Shown piece by piece: positions 36,353-46,731 of a stretch of 64,000 bases of DNA. Within the stretch, counting starts at the first letter, position 1. Every line of letters starts with the position of its first letter. This DNA comes from Lobosporangium transversale (taxonomy: Eukaryota). The notes below the pieces were generated by a model that was not told where the DNA came from, ran no database searches, and saw nothing but the letters and a program-made list of their open reading frames with translations. The DNA is taken from assembly GCF_002105155.1 (NCBI RefSeq), contig NW_019029020.1:248001-312000 (forward strand). Reading direction: 5' to 3'. A program made the translations under genes and the position numbers.

Positions 36353-39300
36353 TTATCTTGTTTTTCTTGAAGCCTCAAAGACGGCAAGCGCCTCTTTAGC
36401 GTTTGCGAGCGAAGATTTTGTTTCCCAAGTAGCTTCATCTAATGGATAGCCTTTCCAAAGAACGAGCCACTTAGGAGTTTTGCCAAACATTTTGAAGTCA
36501 ATGATTTTGTCGACTTCATACTCCTCTTCTCCATCTACAAGCTCGGGGGCAGGGCGTGGTGGTGAGCGGTCGCCGAATTCACGAGGTGACTCAATATAGG
36601 GGCGAAGCAGATCGGCATTAAAGACTGGATGCTGATGCATGTCAGGCGGTAGTTCCAGCTTGTAGGCATTTTCATTGACCTTCGAAATGATCTTGTAAGG
36701 GCCTATGTACTCAGGTTCCAGTTTCTGCGACGGCCTATTTTTATGTCCCGCGACAGAGATGTTTTCCGAGCTTAAGAGCACCATGTCACCCACAGCAAAC
36801 GTAGCAGGCCTGCGAGTTTTGTCCGCTTGGGCCTTTTGCCTATTCTGCGCTTCGATGATGGCATCCTGAGCTAGCGCCAAATTCATCGACTGGGTTCGAA
36901 CAAAATCACTGACAGCCGGAACATTGGTATCAGGTGGCTTTAAAAGAGATCCAGGGACTAGTGGATGGTGACCATAGTTCAGAAAGAATGGGGAGAAGCC
37001 TGTCGTAGGATTGACAGAGTTGTTGTATGCGAACTCCATCATAGGCAGTAAAAGATCCCAGTCGTTTTGCTTGTACGATATGTAAGAGCGGAGCATTTCT
37101 TCTAATGTTCTGTTGGCGCGCTCTGTTTGTCCGTCTGATTGTGGATGGAAGGCAGTAGACATGTTAAGTTTGGTGCCCATGAGCTTCATCAACGTTGTCC
37201 AGAACTTGCCGGTGAAACGTGAATCTCTGTCTGACACAATTGTCCGAGGCATGCCGTGCAGTCTAAAAACATTGTCGAAAAAGAGTCGTGCAACATCAGA
37301 GGCAGTGTCGGTAGTTCGGCTAGCGCAGAAATGAACTTGCTTGGACAGTTTGTCCACAAAGACCGTGATCGCGTCAAAACCTCTGGCTGTCTTCGGAAGC
37401 TTGACAATGAAGTCCATTGTTACAGTATCCCATCGTTGGCTTGGAATTGCCAAAGGTTGGAAAAGCCCTGCAGGAGGCTTTAGTGAAGGCTTGTTACGCT
37501 GGCATTGCTCACAGGAAGCAATGTATTTTTTTATATCCCTCGCCATGCGTGGCCAAAAATATGTTCGTCGCATGCTACTGTACGTTTTATCGAATCCCAA
37601 GTGGCCTGATATAGGAGCGTCGTGAGCGTCATGCAAGAGTTGTGAACGGAGTCCGTCGTCCTTGGGTATGCAGAGGCGAGGGCCTTGTCCAGCGTTGATC
37701 CAGAGTAGACCATCCACCACGAAGTAACGATCCGAGGTAGAGGCATCCTTATACTGATGCACGAGGGGACCTAGAATTGGATCGTGTAGGTAGCAACTGG
37801 CTAGTTGTTTTCGAATGCCATGGTCTAGATTGATATCCAAGGAGTTCAAAGTAGTAGGTGTAGCCTCCAAGTCCTTGAGGTCCGGTCTTCGTGAAAGAGC
37901 ATCAGGGACGACGTTATCTTTACCAGGTTTATACTTGAATACGAAATCATACTCTTGAAGCAACTCCATCCATCTTGCTTGTCTGCGAGTCAAGTTCGAC
38001 TGGCTAGGAAAATGTTGTAGAGTGGCATGGTCGGTATAAACGACAAAGTGAGAACCATCAAGGTAGTATCGCCATGTCTTCAGAGCATGCACCACAGCCA
38101 GCAGTTCTTGTTCGTGTGTAGGATAGTTGCGTTCCGCTGGGTTGAGCTTGCGTGAAGTAAAAGCTACTGGTCGTGATTCACCATTTTGGTCCGTCTGGAA
38201 CAGGACAGCACCAATTGCAAAGCCTGAAGCGTCTGTTTCGACTGCTGTAGAGAGGGCAGGATCGAATATCCTAAGAACTGGTGCTGAGCTCACTGCTCTT
38301 TTCAAAGTCTCAAAGGCGTCTTGTTGAGATTTTCCCCAGTGGAATTCCTTATTGGAGCCTAACAATTGTGTGAGGGGAAGAGCAATATCAGCGTAATGAG
38401 AAATGTACTGATGGTAAAAATTAGTCAAACCAAGGAATTGCATCACATGTCGTTGGGTTGTTGGTACTGGCCATTCCCTTATTGCCTTGACAAGTCCGCC
38501 ATTCGTCTTGAGTCCATCCTTGGAGATGACATGGCCTAGGAACTCAGTCTCTTCCTGCATGAAGGAACACTTGGATAATTTATAATAAAGCCCAGCTTGA
38601 CGCAAGAGGGAGAGTACTTGTCGGATGTGCTCTAAGTGATCTTTCTCGTTATCGGAGTAAATTAAAATATCATCGAGATACACAACAACACATTTATCAA
38701 GAAGTGGATCAAGTACGTTACGCATCATAGTCGAGAACGCTGCAGGTGCATTTGTAAGACCGAAAGGTACGACGTTAAACTCGTAGTGGCCATAGCGAGT
38801 TCGGAACGCGGTCTTGTGTTTATCATCAGGATGGACACGCATTTGATGATAGCCCGAGAGTAGATCCAGCTTGGTAAAACATTTAGCTGTTCTGAATCTG
38901 TCGATCAATTCATCGATCCGTGGTAAGGGGTACCTGTTTTTCTTTGTGATCTTGTTCAGGCCCCGATAATCAACACACATTCGAAGCGAGCCATCCTTTT
39001 TCTTCACAAAGAGGACTGGAGCACCGTATGGTGAGGTGCTCGGTGAGATTAATCCTTTTTGTAAAAGATCAGTTAGCTGCTTCTTCAGTTCATCAAGCTC
39101 AGCGATCGACAATCTGATGACAGGTCGGACAGGTGGGTCAGCATAAGGGTCAGTCTCTATACGCATGCTATCACCTCTGTCAGGGGGAAGGCCATCGGGA
39201 AGCGTTGTAGGAAAGACATCAGGGAATTCGACTTGAACGATTTGCTTGATAGAGTCCGGTAGTTCAGAACTACTGCTAGAGACAGGTACTGGAACTCGAA

Positions 39301-40192
39301 CTTGGGCGAGGAATACAGAGGCATCAGGTTCCGAGGCAACGGTAAGGAAGTTAAGAGCAGATATGACGGAAGATCGCTGTCTAGGCTCCCTGTCGATGCC
39401 AGTGCAAGCCCACAAGACCGGGGTACCTTGGTATTCAAAATGCAGATCATTTGTTCGCCAATTGATGCGAGGGTTGATATCCGTCAGCCATGGTTTACCC
39501 AAAATTAGGTCGTATTTGGATAGAGGATAAACAATGGCGTTGATTTTATCCTGATACGCGTTGCGGGCGAGGGTGAACGTGGCTGTGTGCTGAGCAATTG
39601 TCTCGGTACCGTTGGGAAGAATGACAGGAATGGGTCTACCCTCAATTAGCGGAACATGTGTGTTCTCGCAGAAAGAGGAACTTATGACATTGCCTTCGGC
39701 CCCTCCATCTACAAGAATGCGCGCAGGTCGACCATTCACTGCTCCAATGAAAGTAAGGAGTCGGCGAGAGTTTTTATGTTTGTCATAGGTAAGGCTGAAG
39801 GATTGAAGGCGAATTTCGTTACGACAATGGGAGTGGCGATTGGATGAACTAGGGGTAGATGAATGAGTGGAAGTGAGTGAAGTGGAAACAGTGAAAGGAT
39901 CAGTGGAGGGGAAAATAGGGTCGGAGAGGGGATTGTTTTTTAGCAATGAGGAATGAGTAGGGGAATGGGGATCAGGATGAGGTGAATACTTAGAGAGTAG
40001 ATGTAAGGAAGTAGATGCAGTGGGAGCAATAGAGTGATCAGAAAGGGGCATGGATGTTATATTTGTGCACAAAGGATTTTTATTTGTAGTCATCAACTGT
40101 AACTGACCATGCCCTCTATTATCCAGGGCTTGAAGGCTGGGGCTAGAGGGGGCGAGGCAGGCCTGGTTTACTGCTCGCCCTCCTCTTTTCCC
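36353..40192 (-). CDS. Pol of element C (PR-RT-RH-IN-chromodomain), reached by -1 frameshift
   Basis: LVDGGA, YLDD, ETDAS, TMDF, VSDRD, GPY, YEVDKII..WKGY. The frame is open back to the slippery site. Confidence 0.95.
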   Translation of the reverse strand, partial: GKRGGRAVNQACLAPSSPSLQALDNRGHGQLQLMTTNKNPLCTNITSMPLSDHSIAPTASTSLHLLSKYSPHPDPHSPTHSSLLKNNPLSDPIFPSTDPFTVSTSLTSTHSSTPSSSNRHSHCRNEIRLQSFSLTYDKHKNSRRLLTFIGAVNGRPARILVDGGAEGNVISSSFCENTHVPLIEGRPIPVILPNGTETIAQHTATFTLARNAYQDKINAIVYPLSKYDLILGKPWLTDINPRINWRTNDLHFEYQGTPVLWACTGIDREPRQRSSVISALNFLTVASEPDASVFLAQVRVPVPVSSSSSELPDSIKQIVQVEFPDVFPTTLPDGLPPDRGDSMRIETDPYADPPVRPVIRLSIAELDELKKQLTDLLQKGLISPSTSPYGAPVLFVKKKDGSLRMCVDYRGLNKITKKNRYPLPRIDELIDRFRTAKCFTKLDLLSGYHQMRVHPDDKHKTAFRTRYGHYEFNVVPFGLTNAPAAFSTMMRNVLDPLLDKCVVVYLDDILIYSDNEKDHLEHIRQVLSLLRQAGLYYKLSKCSFMQEETEFLGHVISKDGLKTNGGLVKAIREWPVPTTQRHVMQFLGLTNFYHQYISHYADIALPLTQLLGSNKEFHWGKSQQDAFETLKRAVSSAPVLRIFDPALSTAVETDASGFAIGAVLFQTDQNGESRPVAFTSRKLNPAERNYPTHEQELLAVVHALKTWRYYLDGSHFVVYTDHATLQHFPSQSNLTRRQARWMELLQEYDFVFKYKPGKDNVVPDALSRRPDLKDLEATPTTLNSLDINLDHGIRKQLASCYLHDPILGPLVHQYKDASTSDRYFVVDGLLWINAGQGPRLCIPKDDGLRSQLLHDAHDAPISGHLGFDKTYSSMRRTYFWPRMARDIKKYIASCEQCQRNKPSLKPPAGLFQPLAIPSQRWDTVTMDFIVKLPKTARGFDAITVFVDKLSKQVHFCASRTTDTASDVARLFFDNVFRLHGMPRTIVSDRDSRFTGKFWTTLMKLMGTKLNMSTAFHPQSDGQTERANRTLEEMLRSYISYKQNDWDLLLPMMEFAYNNSVNPTTGFSPFFLNYGHHPLVPGSLLKPPDTNVPAVSDFVRTQSMNLALAQDAIIEAQNRQKAQADKTRRPATFAVGDMVLLSSENISVAGHKNRPSQKLEPEYIGPYKIISKVNENAYKLELPPDMHQHPVFNADLLRPYIESPREFGDRSPPRPAPELVDGEEEYEVDKIIDFKMFGKTPKWLVLWKGYPLDEATWETKSSLANAKEALAVFEASRKTR
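40140..40192 (-). promoter_or_regulatory. -1 ribosomal frameshift signal: G GGA AAA plus a GC-rich hairpin
   Basis: Heptamer at 40192-40186. GAGGAGGGCGAGCAG can pair with CTGCCTCGCCCCCTC. Pol is in the -1 frame. Confidence 0.8.
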
Positions 40193-41139
40193 GACTCAGA
40201 AAGCGTATGGTCATTGTTTTCTATATTAAAGACAGAGGTGCGTTGGCATTGTTCGGCTCTATGACCTCGGTTCCGGCATCTGAAACAACGCCCCTCACGA
40301 ACGCAACGTTCTCGTTCAGCTGCTGTGAGCTTGGGTAGCGAGCTTGGCTTGGAGTGGTTTCTGTTTGGTCGTTGCTGATGGAGAGAGGTGTACAGGTTGG
40401 CAACCAACATTCTCATGTTATCGAGATCCATTGGTGTAGGGCCAGAATTATTCTCATGATGGGGTGATAAGGCGTTCGGGGCAGCGGATACAGGGGTGGC
40501 ATCGATGGGATGTAGAATACTGTGGACAATGGTCGCCTGCTCAATGGCATCGTCCAACGTCTCTGGCTGTCTAAGTCTCACCTGCTTGCTTGTTTCAGGC
40601 TCAAGGCCTAGCATGTATTTTTGCAAAGCAGAGTCTTTGTCGAGATTTGTAGCCAGACGTAGGTGGCTTCTAAACTTGCTCGTATATTCTGCCACACTCA
40701 TCCTTCCTTGGCGAAGTTTATCCAACGCTCGGCGAGCTGCATTCGCAGAATCTGGAGGGGTGAACTGACGGAGGAATGCTTTACGGAAGTCAGCCCAAGG
40801 TGTATCGAGATTCAACCCGGAATCTCTCCACCATGCCTTGGCTTCGCCATTGAGACTGAGGACAGCGTATCGAACCCATTTGGATGGCGTGAGTGTGACA
40901 ATAGTGTAATACTCCTCCAGGCTGTCGACAAAGTTTAAGGCTGCAACAGCGTTAATAGCTCCTTCGTAAGGCGTAGGCTTCTGTGGCTTTAGGACCGTGG
41001 CGAGGGTTCTGGCTAGGTCATTCTCAGCGGCTTCGTTGGCTTTGGCAGTAGAGAGGGCCTGATTAAAAGCAGTAGCTATGGCTTCGCGAATGTTCAGAGG
41101 AAGATCGATGGACGAAAGGGCGTTATTCAAGTGTTCCAT
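40168..41139 (-). CDS. Gag of element C
   Basis: Retrotrans_gag features (AKAWW, LRQGRMSVAEY), PTPMDLD and zinc knuckle CFRCRNRGHRAEQC. Confidence 0.95.
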   Translation of the reverse strand: MEHLNNALSSIDLPLNIREAIATAFNQALSTAKANEAAENDLARTLATVLKPQKPTPYEGAINAVAALNFVDSLEEYYTIVTLTPSKWVRYAVLSLNGEAKAWWRDSGLNLDTPWADFRKAFLRQFTPPDSANAARRALDKLRQGRMSVAEYTSKFRSHLRLATNLDKDSALQKYMLGLEPETSKQVRLRQPETLDDAIEQATIVHSILHPIDATPVSAAPNALSPHHENNSGPTPMDLDNMRMLVANLYTSLHQQRPNRNHSKPSSLPKLTAAERERCVREGRCFRCRNRGHRAEQCQRTSVFNIENNDHTLSESGKEEGEQ

Positions 41140-41814
41140 GGCGAGGGGTGAAATTCAATGGTAATTGTAGTTCTCTGGGTGTGGTCGTGGTTTCCTTTGC
41201 TACCAATGCAAAAGTCAAGGTAGTGTTCTAGGGGGATCTAAGGGTGCAATAAAGGTATCTTTATTCAGGGGGAACTATGCTACAGAACTAGATAGAAAAG
41301 TAGACCTATTTATACTAGTTAATGTCCTGTTGCAAGGAATGCTCTAGAAATATGGGCGAAATACTATGTTGCACAAAATTATTATAGTGATTTCGCTTGC
41401 ACATATCCTGGTTCGATTCGAATGGTTCGAATGGTTCGAATGACGCGGATTATTCGAATAGTTCGAGTGTCGAATGGCTCGAATGATTCGAATAGGAGAG
41501 TGGTGGTTTGAATTGCGAAGTGGTATGAGTGATTTAGTTCATAGCCCTGGTTCAGAGTTGTATTGTAAAAAGTTTTATGATTTGCTAGTTTTGAGAAATA
41601 CTTATACTCTTATTAGAAAACTATATAAGTCTCAATCAAGGCATCTCTTTCAACCAGTGCTCCTATTCGATTCGAATGGTTCGAATGTCGAATGGTTCGA
41701 ATAGCATTCGAATCCTGATATCTATTCGAATTCGAATCGAAGTTGAACTTACCTTATTCGAATCGAATTCGATATCAGGCAAATTCGATTCGAATGGTTC
41801 GAATAGGAGCACTG

Positions 41815-42128
41815 CCTCGAACTTGTCGGGTTGGGGGTACTTGAAAGCGGGGGTCATCACAGGGTTGTCGGTAGTGAGCGTCATGGAATCAAGGATTAGG
41901 GCTAAATCTTCCACAGAGAGCAGGTTGAAAGTAAAATCGAGGAGGTAGGGTGGTGCGGCAGGGGACAGGGGGACAGGGAAACCAGGGTCAGGGAGGCAGG
42001 GGACAGGGATGAAGGTCGGGGATCAGAGTAGCTTTGCTACCATGTAATAATTAAGAGAGACAAAAGATGATTTTATTATAATTATTAAAACAAGCCTTTT
42101 TATAGGCTTAAGGCTATATACTGTCACA
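41815..42128 (-). mobile_element. 5' stub of Gypsy element D: short LTR (42128-42043), PBS, leader and gag start (41914)
   Basis: TGTGACA..TTACA followed directly by TGGTAGCAAAG. MEDLAL..KYPQPDKFE resembles a gag start and is cut at the MITE end. Confidence 0.7.
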
Positions 42129-42154
42129 TCCTAGGATCCATTCCTCGTCGGAGC

Positions 42155-43120
42155 CTAGGCAGAGTCGTTTCCCGATTCGGCTTCAACAACCGAAGCATGG
42201 ATGGTTTTCTTGGTAGGGCAATTCAGGGCAATATGGTTAGCGCCACCACAGTACAGGCAAAGACCCATATCTCTGCGGCGCTTCTTTTCTTCGGGTGTGA
42301 GGCGCCGAGCGCGCATAGCATCTACATCCATTGCCATAGATGGAGCTGAGGAGGAGGTTGTTGTAGCAGAAGTAGTCGCTGGGGGAGGGCGACGAGCAGG
42401 TTGATGTTGAGACTTGAAGGAATCAAAACGAGGTCGCTGACGACGATGCGAGGACAGATTTCTATACGCATCGATCGCAGCGGTCTGTACCTCGTGCACA
42501 GTCTTAAACTTGGACCATTGGGGTAACAGGAGGCCATGGATTTCGCTCGACAGGCCTTTCTTGAAGCGAGCTTTGAGAGCTCAGTCATTCCAACCACTGC
42601 GGGCAACAAGGCGGCGGAACTCTGTCACGTACTCGATCATGGAACCTGACTGGCGGATACAGGATAGCTGGTGCTCGACGTCTTCTTGTTCAAGATGATC
42701 ACCAAAGAATTCTTCAAGGGTTTCGATGAATACCTCATACGAAGTCAAGACACCAGAGACATCCTCAAGTTCTCCATTGATGTATGGAGCGAAGTGCCGA
42801 GATGTGTCGCCATCTAGTCACTGGAGGGAATAATTGATTTTATCCTCATCGCTGGACAAGGCATCGGGGAAGCGGGCAAAAACAACTTGGAGGCGGGCAC
42901 GGAAGTCGGAGAGAGACAGCTCCTCACTGTTGCCCTTGAATTTAGAGGCACTATAGTTTAGAAATGTTTCATCGTCGATTAATCCAAGTTGATGTTGTTT
43001 TCTGATATGTTGGAATCGATCAATGTGGCTTGAGACAACATCAGCATACTTAAGGAGTTCTCCCTCAGCTTCTGTGATGAGGTCATAAGCAACCGCATTG
43101 TCGAGTTGTGTAGGATTCAT
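42155..43120 (-). pseudogene. Gag pseudogene of Gypsy element E; pol lost at the element D insertion
   Basis: One frame with two TGA stops. IRQSGSMIEYVTEF, AMDVD, CLYCGGANHIALNC. Slippery G GGA AAC at 42173-42167. Confidence 0.88.
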
Positions 43121-43249
43121 AGTGTGTGTAGTAACTAAAGTTGGGTGTCAGAATGTCAATTAAGAATGGATCTCATCGTTGCACCAGTGCTGATTTGTAT
43201 ACATGGATTACACTAGCTTTACCTTTTGTTCTTTCCGCAACAGTAGAAA

Positions 43250-44224
43250 TCATGAGGGCTTGAGACTCAGTAGACTGGAGAGGTTCCTCTTCAGTCGGTT
43301 GCGGACGACCCTCTTCCTCGTCTCCGCTTCCTACATCGTCTTTATCGCCTTGTAAGGCTTCCTCGAATTCTTAAAAGTCTAAGGCCTCATGAGGCTGTGG
43401 ATCATGTTGAATACGACCTTGCTCCAGCTCATGGATGACATCCTGGAAAATACTCTCATCTGTTTCTGTTGCCTTTTCTTCCCAAGGCTTCGCCTTCCTC
43501 TTTTCTTCGCGGGTCAACTTGCCCTTCATTGCTTGTTTGGCTGTCTGTGATGGGGCTTTCCAACGGCACCAATGAACCCCGCGTTTGGATCGATGTATTT
43601 CTTAACTGTCCGCAGGAAGATAACCTCTTCGAAATACTTCAGCATTTTTGTTGCGCCAACGCTGCAGTCCCCTTCATAGTTGGTCTCGCAGAACACCTAT
43701 TATTTATTTATATTGTAAAAACAATCAGTCTCATCCGAGAATTTGAAAAATAAACAAACAAACAAAGAACAAAAATAAAAATTTACCAGCCAAAGTTTCA
43801 AGTACGTTCTGCACTGCTTCAATGTTTTCGAGGGACTATTGTTGGTCAGAAGAGAATGAAGGACATTGTTAGCGCAGATCTTTCTCTGTTCTTCGATTTC
43901 CTCAGCCGAATAAGACGACTGAGGATGGCTAGAAGAGCTACCTGATACTGGGTTTATCACCGTGTCTTGGGAACAGATCCGTTTGCGAGGGGTATGCTCC
44001 TCGACGATATCACGGATGTCTACAGGGCAGGCCCTTTTTTTGCCCTCGTGGATCTCCCTCCTTTTTTCTCTTCCATCCCTGATTTCCTTAGCTTTCCGTG
44101 CATACCCGCTTCTTCCTTCTTTCCCTTGGTTCACGCTAAATGTAAAGAAGGTGCCGCTTGGATCTGCATTGATGTCATGGCCGTTGCTAGAAGATGATGA
44201 TGCGGTAGTATTTTTGTGAGGCAT
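43250..44224 (-). pseudogene. Possible Crypton/Ndc10-like N-terminal remnant; intron 43786-43697
   Basis: Spliced SKTLKQCRTYLKLWLVFCETNYEGDCSVGATKMLKYFEEVIFLR resembles the N-terminal helical domain of fungal Crypton/Ndc10-like proteins (recognised from memory). Stops follow downstream. The left limit is approximate. Confidence 0.4.
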
Positions 44225-45639
44225 GTTGATAGGTTGGTTTGTGCTATTTGTTGAAGTTGTAGATCTACAAAGCGGATATGAGCAAGTGCTGCTGCAATGA
44301 GTAGCTACTGCAGTAGTTAATGGCAGTGATATATCACAGAAAGAAATGGAAGAGAGAAATGTAAGTGAGCATGGTTTTATATATTTAGCGGACATTATCA
44401 AAAGTAATCGCTATCTTAGTGAGCCAAACACTTGGCTTCTCTTGGACGTGCTTTTTTGCTTTCTTATGGGTAAGGAATGAGGAATCAGGGAATGAGGAAT
44501 GAAGGAATGAAGAATTAGGCCTAGAGCATTAAACTGATTAGCGCGCGCTTCGCGCATCTAACAAATGAGTTTCTACTTTCCAGATCGATGTAGTGAAAAG
44601 ACCTGTGCAATTTTTCTATTAATGGGCATACAGTGGAATTTGACTTAATAAACTATTACGGTAATAATTGTTTAAAAAAGGTGTTTCTACAAGTATATAA
44701 ATGCATGGATGTGCTTTGATCAAGACTTGGTAGAGTTACAGTTACACGGCGGATATTATGCCTAAAGGAAATAAAGAGAGAAGGCAGCTTTTGGTACGAT
44801 AATTGGATAGTAACTCCAGTAGTGGGGACAACCCATTTATAGAACTAATTCTCTTAATAAGCCCAAATGACCTCTGCGGCCTTAATTGTCGAAAAAAGCT
44901 GTTTTTGCTTCAAGTGAAGTCTCAGCTCCAAATGGGCCACAAAGAAAGTGCGTTTAATGACGTTGCTTTCGCGATTTGGGAACCACTTAAAAAAAAAAAA
45001 AAAAAAAAAAGAATCAAATCATGTATGTTTGTATGGTGTTTGAGTTCATACTTCGGAAACAAGCATGATTATGTCCAAACTAAAATATAAACTATACATT
45101 CATTCTTGCGTTTTGAATTATATGCGTTGTGTTGTATCCTTGATTATGGCTATCTATTGTTATTATTTTTTTACACATACTTATATTTATATTTAACACT
45201 AATTTTACCGGAATAAGACTAAAAAAAAAAACATTTTGTTGTCTAGGCCCATTTATCGGGATGTTATTAAAAAAAAGAAAAAGAAAAAAAGGAACATGTA
45301 TACAATCAACTAAGAGTGGCCCGCGTTTAGTCATTTCCCAATGGTATAGAGCATATATATATTTTTACAGTTTATGAAAGCAGGAAGGAAACTTTAGTTT
45401 AATTAAGGTAGGAGGATCCTTCTCGTCGAATTGTGGATTAAGGTAGTTGTAGTTTAGATATAGCAGGGTAGATTCTACATATTAAATAATACATGCAATA
45501 TGAAAAAAGAACCAAGACTAATCATTGAATCAAAAAACGAAAAGCCTTGATGGTCGTCCAGTAAAAAAAAAAAAAATGAAAAAAAGGATGAGTTTGACCT
45601 AGGGAAACGGCCTCCAATCTTTTTTTTTTTTTTTTTTTT

Positions 45640-46731
45640 TTAGAAAAAAGCATAACCAAGAACAGCGGTCAAGCCCATAGCCCAAGCGCCGACCTGGACA
45701 AAGCCAGCAGAATTATCCTGCGTGTTACTGTTGCCTCCAGTAGCGGCCTTGGCAGTGACATCAGCGGTTGCCTCAACAGAGGGGACAGCACCAGAAGTGA
45801 CGGCGGGGGGAACAGCACCAGAGGTACCATTAATAGGGTTGGAGGCAGCAGAAGGGATAGTGGAGCCAGGAAGGTAGGCAGGCTTACCAACGCATACATC
45901 CATAGTGACAAACTTGTAACCCTTGGCGAGAATGGCATCAATAAGGCGCCCGGCCAAGAGATCGACAGAGAACTTATGGATCTCGTGTTCAAGCAAGATG
46001 AAAGAGTCAGTAGCAGGGTTGCCTGGGAGGATGACTGAGTTGATCTCGGTCATTGACTTCACAGCAGCGGTTTCAGGAGCCAGTGCCTTGAAGCGCCAGT
46101 CGTTGGTGTCAACGTTCCAGTGGGAGATGACCAAACCCATTGACTCCATGACTTTGGTGCAGAGTTCGCCACAGCGACCCTCAGGGGGACGCATGTAAGC
46201 AGGGCGGACACCAGCGTTTTGGAACATGATATCGGAGGTCATTTGGATTTCTTTCTTCAGCTGCTCCTCGTTCATGGTATCCATGTTGCTGTGACTGTAT
46301 GAATGAGAGGCCAACATGTGGCCACCATCAAGGATCTTCTTAAGAGCACCAGCCTGTTGAGGGTTCTCTGCAACCATGGATCCACTATATATTTTTATTC
46401 GTAGAGAATGTGACAATAACAAAGGTCAGCAAAAAAAAAAAAAAAAAAAAAAAATGGCAATGATTCCTTGATGATATTTGTACTTGTATTGATTCAAGGA
46501 CAATGGAAGATGAGAATGTAGATAAACTTACATGACATAGAAGGTTGCCTTGACGCCTTTTTCGGCCAAGAGCTTCAGGAGTTGGTCGTTGTAAGGACCT
46601 GGGCCATCATCGAAGGTCAGAGCAACCACACCAGGCATGACACAGGTATCAATTTTATTGGGGAGATCTGGCATGACTGCCGAGGCGACCGAGGCGAGGA
46701 AGATGGCGGAGAGAATGGAAGTGAACTTCAT
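45640..46731 (-). CDS. CE4 polysaccharide (chitin) deacetylase, secreted and probably GPI-anchored; exons 46731-46532 and 46384-45640
   Basis: Signal peptide, TFDDGP, HSYSH, RPPEG, DTNDW, LEHE, an S/T/A-rich linker and a hydrophobic C-terminus. Confidence 0.93.

Larger units (their letters stand above)
36134..41401 (-). mobile_element. Intact Ty3/Gypsy chromovirus, element C; 195-bp LTRs, TSD CATAT
   Basis: LTRs 36134-36328 and 41207-41401 appear identical. CATAT on both sides, PBS TGGTAGCAAAG (iMet-type), PPT GGGAAGGA. Confidence 0.97.
36093..41814. mobile_element. Second TTCGAA-rich MITE (inverted relative to 27201-27630), split by element C; extra internal terminus at 41655
   Basis: CAGTGCTCCTATTCGA at 36093 and 41655, inverse copy ending at 41814. 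Both ends are homologous to the ends of the first copy. Confidence 0.78.

Noticed and set aside
27201..41814. One composite macro-transposon bounded by the outer MITE ends
   Set aside because: The flanks (TTCTAGAC vs CCTCGAAC) are not a target-site duplication.
43150..43245. 5' LTR of element E
   Set aside because: TG/CA candidates exist, but there is no second LTR, TSD or clear PBS to fix the boundaries.
12000..44500. Calling the island a centromere
   Set aside because: No diagnostic motif, AT-rich core or LINE flanks are visible; chromatin data would be needed.
44629..44660. TACAGTGGAAT resembling the end of the 57617 MITE
   Set aside because: The match is only about 11 bp and no partner TIR was found.
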